Origin: Gracilinanus agilis
Lineage: Eukaryota
Direction: 5' to 3'
Assembly (NCBI RefSeq): GCF_016433145.1
Contig: NC_058133.1
Span: 256,082,801 to 256,146,800, forward strand
DNA length: 64,000 nucleotides
Numbering within the stretch: the stretch's first letter is position 1; each line of letters starts with the position of its first letter. The translations under genes were made by a program, and so were the position numbers. Positions 1 through 15,700 of this stretch are shown piece after piece. The notes below the pieces were generated by a model. It had not been told where the DNA came from. It saw only the letters and a program-made list of their open reading frames with translations, and did no database searches.

Positions 1-454
1 GAAAGACACTATCTCTTCAAGTATGTTGGTTACTTCCTGCTAAGGGAGTTCCTGCTTTGAACTTGGTGCTGAAGGATCTCGAGGGAGACCTCAGGCAGCT
101 TCTACTCTGAATTGTCACGTGGGTAAGTTAGGCTGACTTCCTTGGCCTACCTTGGCATTTTTCCAAGACTCTACCTTAAGGAGGCTCTAGCCTATCTGAT
201 TGCTAGGCCTTATAGCTTGTAGCCTCATTTATTTAGCCTTTTAACCTTCTCTCTCTGTCCAGGCTTCTGCAGGCCTGGACTACCCTCTCCCTCTCTTTAT
301 TTCCTTACCTTTTACCTTCCTAATTGTAAATAAACTACCTTAAACCTGATCCTGACTTGGGTCCATTTTAATTATGGAATCAATCTGAATTGTTGATTCC
401 TGGCGGCCACACTTTAAATATATATCTATAAATATCTAAAATCTCCCTCTTACA
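1..454 (+). mobile_element. 3' part of an ERV-type LTR in DHX16 intron 9 (antisense to the gene)
   Basis: AATAAA at 329-334, U5-like tail ending in ...CTCTTACA at 454 (CA terminus typical of LTRs); the 5' end lies outside the window; family not identified. Confidence 0.6.
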
Positions 455-879
455 TGGGGGAGTGCGGGGGGTGAAGGGGAAAGTAGGAGCATGAATCATG
501 TAGCCATGTTAAAAATGAATATTAATAAATGCTTAAAAAAAGTAATTCCTCTCCAGCTTTATCAGCTATAGGCAAGACAGCAAGCAACCTTTCATCCTCT
601 AAGAAGGTATACTTGACATTCACTTACAAAGCATCCATCTGGCAGGTGTGGTTCTTTGTGAACTACAAACCCAGCTGATAGTCTTTTGAAGCTTTCTCCA
701 TTAACTGGTCCTAGTCCCAGTTCCTCACATGCTTTCTTGTGCAAAACAGGCCTACAAAATTAGTGAAGTCTGGAAGTGGTGACCAGGAGAAGACCCTTTA
801 AACCAGTGATCTGATCAAGTTTACCTTGATCCTTTGACTTGATAAGTAATAAGTTTATCTAGCTCAGCTATGAGCCTGT

Positions 880-1081
880 AGTCAGGAAGACTTGAGTTCA
901 AATTCAACCTTAGACACTTATAGCTATGTGACCTTGTCATTAATTCTGCCTTAGTTTCCTCACATAAAACGGGGGGAATTAACTCAGGGATGTTTTAAGA
1001 ATTAAATGAGTTAAGATCTGTGCCTATTAGCACAGTGCCGGTTACATGGTAAGTTTTACATAAATGCTAGCTATTATTATC
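880..1081 (+). mobile_element. MIR/CORE-SINE
   Basis: B-box-like gagttcaaat, CORE tgtgacctt...tagtttcctca, and MIR tail aattaaatgag...tagcacagtgcc...taaatgctagctattattat. Confidence 0.7.
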
Positions 1082-1820
1082 AACTTGTCACTCAAGTTTC
1101 TGATTAAGATGCATTTTGTCTGCCCTGTGGAACTCTTGCATGTATTGTATACCCTGCCTTTCATCATCTACTCCTCCAACTCACTGGTTTATGTCTCCAA
1201 ATCCAAGCCAACAACCTTGATTATTATGGATTATTATGGATGATAAAGTTAAAAGTTCTTTCTCTCTGTTGCTTACAACCCCTCTATATGCTGATTAGAA
1301 GGGCCCAATCATAGGTCTCTGCCAATTAAGTAAACACATGCCAGCTAGTTTCCAATGTTAGCAATGGAGATGTACACCTACCAACAGGCTGGAGTGGGAG
1401 TGGTAACAAATGTGGGACGTATAATGCTATGATTTCCATGAGCTGAGTACCAGGTTCTTCTGAATTCCCTTTCTGGCCACACTATTCCCTCAGGAGACAG
1501 AGAGCTTAATCAGGTTGGACTAGCAAAATCAGGCTGGCCCTATCCTAGGTTAAATGACAACAAAGGCTAATATCAAACTAACAAACTGCTAATATCTTCG
1601 TGGTTGCTGATACCCCAGAAATCCAAGAGCACTCTACAATGGGATGCCTTTGACACCAAATTTGAAGACTTATTAAGACTCTACTCTTGACCACTGGCAT
1701 AAACTTTTTATCTCCAATTCTACTTCCTTGGTTTCTAAAGTAAACAATCCAGACCACCTTCCCACATCTCGGCCTCATCTCTCCATTTGTAATCCCTCCT
1801 GGATCTGAATTGGCACATTT

Positions 1821-1914
1821 TTTTTTAACCCTTAACTTCTGTGTATTGGCTCCTAGGTGGAAGAGTGGTAAGGGTGGGCAATGGGGGTCAAGTGACTTGC
1901 CCAGGGTCACACAG
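1821..1914 (-). mobile_element. 5'-truncated opossum-type SINE (SINE-1-like) with 15-bp TSD
   Basis: polyT + aacccttaacttctgtgtattgg...gtcaagtgacttgcccagggtcacacag; flanked by direct repeat tgaattggcacattt at 1806-1820 and 1915-1929. Confidence 0.9.
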
Positions 1915-2284
1915 TGAATTGGCACATTTGTCCAGCTGGTGCTGAAAGCAACTAGCAGGAGCCCAAAAGTTCTCTCTAGGTCTTGCTTTCTCAGAAAATC
2001 TAAAGGATGTGGGACACTTTCAAAATGTCTAACTCAATAACCTCCCTGTCTTTAGAAAGGATGAAATTTTGAGGAAGGGAGATAGAAAACCTCTGTAGTA
2101 TTACTTACACCCCCATTTTATCTCCATAGTATCTTGAGACATGGAAATTAGAGACACTGTGGAGAGAAAGGAGGCCAGTTCTAGGACATCTTGAAATAGA
2201 TTGAGAAGATAGCAAAATACTAAAGATTGGGTTGGCAAAGAGGGAAAAACACTGGGAGTGGCTCTGAAAAGCTTTTGTTAACTA

Positions 2285-7661
<5,377 letters not shown>

Positions 7662-7990
7662 GGCGACTTCGAAACGTCAGCTTGCCCCCACTTCCGGCGC
7701 TTCAGCCCGGGTAGGCCACGACAACGGCCACGGCCACGGCGCGTGCGCGCGGGAGGGAGGCTTCAAGACTCGGGTTTTCCCCTCCCTCCCGAAAGGCAGA
7801 GGGTGGGGCTCCCTCAGGACCCCAAGGCACAAAGCCCGCAACCCCTAGCATCCACCATTTCCGGGCCGTACCTCTACCGAAGTGGACAGGAAAATGGCAA
7901 TACGGAAAGGGACCTTTCCTGGGGTTGACAAGCAAAACTTCCGGTTTTGATTCACGCCTCGCTTCTTTTTTTCGGCTGCCCCCTAATGGC
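7662..7990 (-). promoter_or_regulatory. DHX16 CpG-rich promoter/5' UTR
   Basis: CpG-dense segment upstream of ATG 7661 with ETS-type cores (acttccgg near 7937; catttccggg near 7856). Confidence 0.65.
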
Positions 7991-8479
7991 TTGGAGGTGT
8001 TATAGCATGTGTGATGGCATTACAGACTGCGCAGGACATCATAGAGGAGAAGTAGAGAGGATGCAAGTTAGATGTCCAAGAGGACTTTCCAGCAAGGAGA
8101 GGCAATTGAGAACCAGGATCTGGGGAGAGTTGGAAGTGTGTTAAACGAGTGCTTCTTCTGTCCTTTATGGGGGATGTGCCTCCTGGATGGAGTTGGAAGG
8201 AGAGGATTTTCTCAATAAATAGGGCTTTGGGGATAGTTACAATGGAATTTTCAACTTTGGAAAATTCACTAAACATGCTAATTATTATGGAGACTGACTT
8301 GTCCATTGGTAGTGGGAAAATCTCTCAATTATGGACAAGACTGTAAGATTTTTAAAGAGATTAGAGTTGTAAACATTATCTTGAAGGACTGGTTGCTTAG
8401 GTAGGAGTGTATGCCTGAATTTAGTTAATTAATCAGAAGTTTTTGTCTTCCAGTTCAAGAAACTAGTACTGTTGCTTAC

Positions 8480-9600
8480 TTTCTGCACATAATCTTGGGC
8501 ATGTTACAGCCTCTCTGGATCTTATTCCAACAGCTTTTCCAAACCTTTTCATCCCTCCTCAAACTTCCCATGGCTTCCTCCCTCATCCATGAACCTAAGA
8601 ATATCCGCTCATGTTTCACTGGGAAAATTGAGGCTGTTTATAGAGACTTCTTCCTTCTGTTTTCTTCAATCAAGATCATTCACACACCTGCTACCACTAT
8701 CTCTTTTACATATATCTCACTTTGAAGAGGTAGTTTTTGTTGCCACAGCAAACTCCAGTACACATACAATTCCTCCCCATTACATTCTCCAGCAGATTTT
8801 CTCTGTCACAATACTCTCTCATTAATCTTAAATCACTCATTGATTACTTACTGCTTCCCTACTTTTTTTTAAACCCTTAATTTCGGTGTATTGTCTCATA
8901 GGAAGAGTGGTAAGGGTGGGCAATGGGGGTCAAGTGACTTGCCCAGGGTCACACAGCTGGGAAGTGGCTGAGGCCGGGTTTGAACCTAGGACCTCCTGTC
9001 TCTAGGCCTGTGCTTCCCTTCTTTCTAAAGACTTATCCATGTTTTTCCCCATCCTCATTTGATCCATTTATCAAGATAGCTTTCCCTTTTCTCTCTTCTT
9101 ATTTTGTGCCTACCCTTCTTTAGAGCTGTCGACCTCTTTTCTTCTCATTCTCTACAGTCTAGCTCCTGTCTTCATCATTCAACAAAAACTACTCTCCCAA
9201 AGTTACCAATGATCTAGTTACTAAATATAGTGGCCTTTTCTTAGTACTCATACTTCTTGATCAGTCTTGTAGCCTTTGATGCAGTTGGTCAATTTTTAAA
9301 ACATAATAATTTTTATTTTTTAAACTCTTCCTTTCTTAGAATCAATACACGCATCATATTCAAGGCAGAAAAGTAGTTAAGGGCTAGGCAACTGAAATTA
9401 AGTGACTTGCCCAGAGTCACAGAGCTAGGAAGTATCTTGAAGTCAGATTTGAACCCAAGTCATTCTAAAGCCAGGCCTGACACTCCATCCATTGAGTATC
9501 CCTTATTCATCCCTTAAATAATCTCTATGTTTTGTGACAATCTTCTTTCCAGTTTTTCAACTGCATGACTGTTCCTTCTCAGTCTCCTTTTTTGGATCCA
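8480..9600 (+). mobile_element. Decayed LINE-2 fragments, interrupted by younger SINEs
   Basis: Pyrimidine-rich L2 ORF2-like text (actgctctccccaaagttaccaatga...ggccttttcttagtactcatacttcttga...gcctttgatgcagttg). Confidence 0.55.
8863..9010 (-). mobile_element. 5'-truncated SINE-1-like element
   Basis: polyT + SINE body to ...ctctaggcctg; TSD-like tgcttccct at 8852-8860 and 9011-9019. Confidence 0.85.
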
Positions 9601-9614
9601 TTGAAGGGAGGAAT

Positions 9615-10395
9615 CATTGTGGAGAAGGGGGCCACCTTTCTCATCATCATGGCAACAGTTACTGAACAACTGCTACAGTCAGATAACCTCTGAGAAAGGC
9701 AATGACTTTCAGATCACTGCTCCTGTTTGAAGCCCAGTTCTGATAGCTATCATTCGAGGAAGCATTTCTTATGGTGAAGGAGCCAGTCATCCCTTGAATC
9801 TGCCAACCAACTGCCCACAAAGAGCAGGTAAGGCAGCCTAGTTTTAGTAGGGCACCCTGAGGTAGAGACAGGAGGCAGCATGTGTCTGGCAAGTCAGACT
9901 ACCATCATCACCACCTTGACCAGTCTCCTCTCAGAACTGACAAGCACAGGCCAAGACCTTGAACCCAAAAGCCTTGGTAATAACAATGCTTCCAGAATAG
10001 TGCCTTCCTTCAGTCATGGATCCTGGGAAGCAAGTCCTATGGAGATGCAGCCTGACAAGTGCTCCTACAGGTGCTATGGCCACAGCTACTAGACCCAGTC
10101 CAATCCAGGAAGACCCAGGATTCTTGCCACCAGAGTCCTTGACACTGTTCAATCATTTTTCAACATCAGAAACCAATTTGATTTCATCAGTGGAAATGAT
10201 ATTATAATCTACTTTGCCTCTGTACCCTAAGGTCCATGAGACCTTTCCATCTGACCCTATAAGTTATGTCCCCAATTATAACATGAGTTCCTTGACTGAG
10301 ATAAAGGTCTATCTTACCTTTCTATGTGCATCTTCTGTGCTTAATAGAGGACTTCATATATAATAGGTGCTTAATAAATGTTTTTTTCATTCATT
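9615..10395 (+). repeat. Copy A of an unidentified dispersed repeat ending in an L2-type tail
   Basis: Colinear similarity to 30023-30590 (e.g. 10212-10246 vs 30430-30464, 31/35 identical); ends tgagttccttga...gtgcttaataaatg. Confidence 0.75.
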
Positions 10396-10399
10396 GGGG

Positions 10400-10870
10400 T
10401 GATACCTACTAACATTGGGTATCCCCAAAAAGGCTCTATTCTAGCTTTCTCTCTCTAAACTATTTCATTTGGTGATAACATCAACTTCCATAAAATGAAT
10501 TATCATCTCCATCCTGATAACTATTAGATCTACTCACCTAGCCCCTCACCTCTCTCCTAATCTCTAGTTTCCCATCTCTAGATAGATCTTCCATAGACAT
10601 CTTAAATTCAACATGTTCAAAACTGAATTCATGATCTTTCCTTATAAGGATTTCTTCCCTCCTAATTTTCCTATTATTGACCAGGGCACCTCCATCATCT
10701 TAATTACTTAAGTGTGCACCCTAAACTCTTCCCTCTTATCTCTCACCCCATCCTCATCTAATCTGTTGCCAAATCCTGTTGTTTCTCCTTTTGTAATAAG
10801 TCCCCTGTCTTACTTTTCATTAGCTGCCCCAGTCCTGGAATTTTCTCTCTCATCTCTGTCTCTTGGTTAT
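10400..10870 (+). mobile_element. LINE-2 ORF2 remnant
   Basis: catcttaaattcaacatgttcaaaactgaattcatgatctttcc...gggcacctccatc...ctaatctgttgccaaatcctg, typical L2 RT-region sequence. Confidence 0.7.
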
Positions 10871-11708
10871 ACTGGCTTCAAATTCCAGATAAAACTGCAT
10901 CTTCTATGAGAAGTCTTTCCCAATCTCCAGTTCAACAGCCTTGTCTCTAATTTAGCCTACATTTGTTTTATTTGTACAAAATTGTTTGCATGTTGTCTTG
11001 GGACCCTCTTAGATTGTGAGCTTCTGAGAATAGGAACTGATATTTGACTTTCTTTGTATCACCAGTGTACAGTACCTGGCACACAGTAGATGCTTAATAA
11101 ATGCTTGTTGACTGAGTTTCCTTGTTCATAAATTAAGGAATGTTGGAATTGATGAACCCCTAGAGTCCTTCCAGGTTTGTACAGCTACCAGAGAGGCAAC
11201 TACAACAGTTCCTTACCTCTTTCTTCTGCTGGCTACTCATCCTAGAGAGGAAGTTTTTCTTAGCTGTCTATGTAGGATACCTGGTCCACTTTCTCATCTT
11301 TTCATTCCTTTCAGGTGATCTTTTTTTTTTCTTAAACCCTTACTTTCTATCCTAGTAACAACTCTAACTCACTTAACCCCAGTTGTCTAGTTCTTACTGC
11401 TCTTCTGCCTTGGGACCAATACTTAGTATTGATTCTAAGACAGAAAGTAAAGGTTAAAAAAACAAAAAAGGGAGGGGGGCAAGGCAAATGGGGTTAAGTG
11501 ACTTGTCTGGGGTCACATAGCTAGAAAGTATTTAAGACCACATTTGAACCCAGCTCTTCCCAATTCTAGGCCTATATATCCACTATATCCTCTATCCACT
11601 ATACTACTTAACTGCCTCTCATCTGATTTTTTTCCCCCAAAGCTGTTTTTCCTGCACCAAAATCTCTTCCTCTTCTTACAACCAAGAAAGATGGAGAAGA
11701 AAGTTCAG

Positions 11709-11714
11709 TTTATT
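11709..11714 (-). terminator. PPP1R18 polyadenylation signal AATAAA
   Basis: tttatt on plus about 1.03 kb downstream of the stop codon at 12744. Confidence 0.6.
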
Positions 11715-12743
11715 CTCTAGAACAGGGAATGCCCTTCCCTTCCCTAGAGCCTAAGAATCTGGTCAGCCCCATGCTGTCCACCCTAATAGACTTCTCACAA
11801 GGAGAATGGAACAGGTAGCCAGAAAGGCCTCCATTTTTGTGGAAAATTTTTTTAAGGAAAAAAAAAACAAAACCAAACACCACAGATAAGGAGTTGCAAG
11901 GTAGGACCTCATCAGGACCCTCCCATATTCTCAACAGTTTAATTCTGGGTCACTGGAAGAAACACAAGAATTAGTTAACTACAAGGGAGGAAAAGATTGA
12001 GGTCACCCCTCCTCCTTTTGGAAGACCAAAATAATACTGAACAAGGCAGGGTTAGGGAGGCTAGACATTCAAAAAGAAAGCCAGGCTCCACACAGTAGAA
12101 GGCAAGAGAGAGGACCGCCCATTGGCTGCATTATGGTAATATAACCATGGTGTGGTTTGTAAACCTGGGACTTTGGCTGAGTGAGGCTTGGGAAAGTGGA
12201 AGCTGTAAACACAAGTGGGTGGAGACCCAGGCAGAGGAAAAAGTGCATCTTTAACCCCCAAAGAGGATAGATACAACTTGTAAACAAACAGAGGGAAGGA
12301 ATAAGGGCAGGACTTGTCAAGGCAGGGTGGCCTGCACTTACCAGCCTTGGGGTGGGGTGGGGTACTGGCACGGTGGGGTTAGCAGTGGACAGATGGAAGG
12401 AAAGCTTTACTCTCTCATGACTCAGTAGGCTCTGCCCCCTTCCCTTAGGAGGCTTGGGTTCTTTGGCTCCCAGGAGACAGCAAGCCAGAGGCCCTCTCCT
12501 TTCACAGAAAATGTCAAGGATGCATTGAACAACCATCTGGACCTAAGATCATGAGTTGGAGAGCAGGGATGGGCTCTTCCACCTGACACAGCACAGGAAG
12601 GTGAGGTGGAAAAGGAAGTGCATGGGATTTCTCCTTCCCGATAGCTCACAGGGTCTGTCAGTACAGCAATTTCTAGGAAGGATGGAGGATCAATCTTCAG
12701 CACTCAGGAGTGGGAAGGAGTTCTACCCTCCCAGTTGGAAAGG

Positions 12744-15700
12744 TCACCGGCGGCAGGATTCATCTGTGTGATTCGAGAAGAAGTGAGACAGAATGATTTT
12801 TATGTCCTGCACCACCTCCTCTCCCACCAGCCTCTATTAGCCACTTTCTCAGGGAAAAAGGGCCCTGAAGTAGAAAGTAATAGCTAAGATGGAATCTTGC
12901 CTTGAACACTTACTAGCTATGTACTACCATGGGTCAGTCACAAAACAAAGGACTTACATTAAATGGCCTCTGGGTTCTCTTTCAGCTCTGACATTCTATG
13001 TCTCTGTCAGTGAACAAGCATTTATCAAGGTATCTACTATGTGTCAGTCACTGTGCTAGACGAGTTCTTAACATGTTTCTGTACCCTGAACTGGATACAA
13101 AGCCTGACATATCATAGGCAGTTAATGTATCTTGATTGATCTATTAGGGATTAATGGACCTCTTTGCCAATTGGCTCCCTTCAAAACATCTATAATTAAA
13201 GGAAGTGCTAAATACCATTAAGAGGTTGGTGAAAAAAATAAAGGTGCATTTTTTTCTCCCATCCAGGTTCAAGTACTCTCTGAAATATTGCTAAAAACAG
13301 GCCCTGGCCTTAGGGGGCTCTCACCACTCTATTACTATCCCTAGGGCCCCACCTAGCTCTAAAATGCCATGATTTCCCCCAGGGATGCCTGTGATACTCT
13401 TCCAACCTCCCCTAGCAAAATCCTCTTAGATCCTGAACACTCTTTCTCACAACAGACACAAGATGGCAGCCTAGATGAGCTTGAGAGTTGTCACCAGGTG
13501 GAGGCAACTTACCCACTAGCAGGGCCTTGGTTTGTAGTCCTCCCCGAAGTTCCCTTTGCAGCAGCAGCAACTCCTCCTCATCGTCCTCTTCATCTGGCAG
13601 TGATGGAGGGGGGCCTGGAGTACTGAGGGCCTCAGGGTCTGGGCCCAACTCTTCCAGCACAGAACTCTCTGAAGGATACTGATAGGTGGTCTCCAAGGCT
13701 GACTCATTAAAAGAAATTTTGAGCTAAGAAGGCAGAAGGAAAGGGAGAGAAGAAAGTAAAGCCAGGAGACTTGACATAAATGGGGAGATGGGAGAGGAAG
13801 ACATTGGACTGGTGATGGATTTAATGGTGTGAACCTGAACTTCTCCATTCCCGTCCCCTCTCCCCCAAAAAGGCATTTCTCTCTACCTACTACCAACTCC
13901 TAATACAATATGTCCCCTTCCCCTTCCCAGGTGGAACTTGGTCTTTGGCCTTTCAATCCCAGATTTTCCTTTCTTTCCATGCCTAGGCCCCTTCTAGATA
14001 AATTGGGAGCCAGTGTGGTATGGTGTTAAAGGTTTTAGGTTTAGAGTCTGGAGATACTGGTTCTTCTATTTACAACCTGCATAAACTTGGGCAAGTTGCT
14101 TGAGTCCTCCAGGACTTTGTTTCTTTAGCAACAAAATGAAGGGGTTGGACTAGACTAGGGGTCAGCAACCTTTTTGGCCGTGAGAGCCATAAACGCCACA
14201 TTTTTTAAAATGTAATTTCGTGAGAGCCGTACAGTGCTCACAGTGCGCACTCCAGTAACAGCGCCTGAAAAAAAATTGACTTTATGGCTTCTGCAGAAAG
14301 AGCCACATCTGGCCCTCAAAAGAGCCAGATATGGCTCGAGAGCCATACATTGCTGACCCCTGGACTAGATGATTCTTGAGGTCCCTTCTAGTACTAAATG
14401 TATAAACCTATGACCAAGTCACTCATTGAACTAGCATGTAATTTGTCTCCCCACAAGCTAAAGGACCTAAGGGGGCCAAGCACTTAGCTCTACTTTCCTA
14501 GGTGAAGAGGGGAAGATCAAAGATAGGGAGAGGGTAGGTAAGAGATCTTTGGTCTTGAGAAGAGGATAGGAGGGAGAGAAACATAAACATGTTCCCTAAA
14601 CATAAAGGGCAAAGAGTAAAAAACAAGTCAGTGACCTCGGGTCACTGGAAGAGCACCCGTGACTGACACAGGGGTCAGAGAACACCAGACAGAAGAGCCT
14701 TCGAGAAGCATGTGGTGGGGGAGGAGGTTGGGGCAAGCAGAATGGGCAGAAGAGCAGACTCAAAGATAGACAACCTCACTAAACAAACCAGCACATGTGC
14801 AAACTAAATCCCAGTTATTAAAAGCTGAGCTCCTATTGCCCCACCTCCTAAGAAGCTCAGAGCAAGGGAGAGGGTGAGATTAATACTGAAGGCCATAGAG
14901 ATTAAGGGGGCAAAACAGGGAGAAACTCCAAGAACTATCCTTAGTTTCCCCAGGAAATCAATTTAGGAAAATAGTGAGGCATGGAAATTTGGATGCCTTG
15001 GGTATTCTAGAGAAGAATGGGACCTAGAAAAAGAAATATTGCTGAGAACTACAGCTGAGGATGGGGGAAAGGGGAAGTTAGAGTTAGGAGTTAGAGGACC
15101 TGGATTCAAATCCTGACTCTGCTACTTACTACTTTTGTGACCTTGGGTAAGTCACTTCCTTTCCCTGGGCTTCAGTTTCCTCATCTGTAAAAGAGGGGAA
15201 TCAGACTAGATGATTGCTAAGGTTCCCTTTTAACTCTAAATCTATGAACATGGTCTGAGAGGCAAACGGGGGGATCAGATCCTGTCTAAATCCATGCATG
15301 GTGAGTTGTTAGCTGAGGCCTTGAGGGCCATACTGTGAGAAGGCACAATCATTCCCCCACCTCACCCCCTAGTGCCAACCATAAGTATATTCTAGCTTCC
15401 TTTGGAAGATATCTATGGACCTGTCAATCATAAAGTTGTCCAAATTCTATTTAAATCCATTTATATTTTCTGCCTACATTACCTTGGGGATAGGCATTCT
15501 GTAAATGCGTTATCTTCTTTGTGAAATAAATCATCCTTTTATTTATTCTAAATGTATGTCTTTTCCCTCCTTGAATGAGTTCTTCCCCCAGCCCCCATCC
15601 TCTCTGACTGGGCTGCTCAGGAATGCACAGTGACTCTGGGGGTGACTCACTCTCTCCTCTCCCACCAGCTATATAAAGTCATAAGGGGGCCTGGTAGGGG

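Noticed and set aside
1578-1925. 115-aa minus-strand ORF
   Set aside because: Its start lies in or next to a SINE insertion (1821-1914), so the ORF is an accidental fusion
14155-14346. Similar 63-64 aa ORFs here and at 51288-51482 suggesting a duplicated small gene
   Set aside because: Both lie entirely within the hAT MITE copies and are too short to be a transposase
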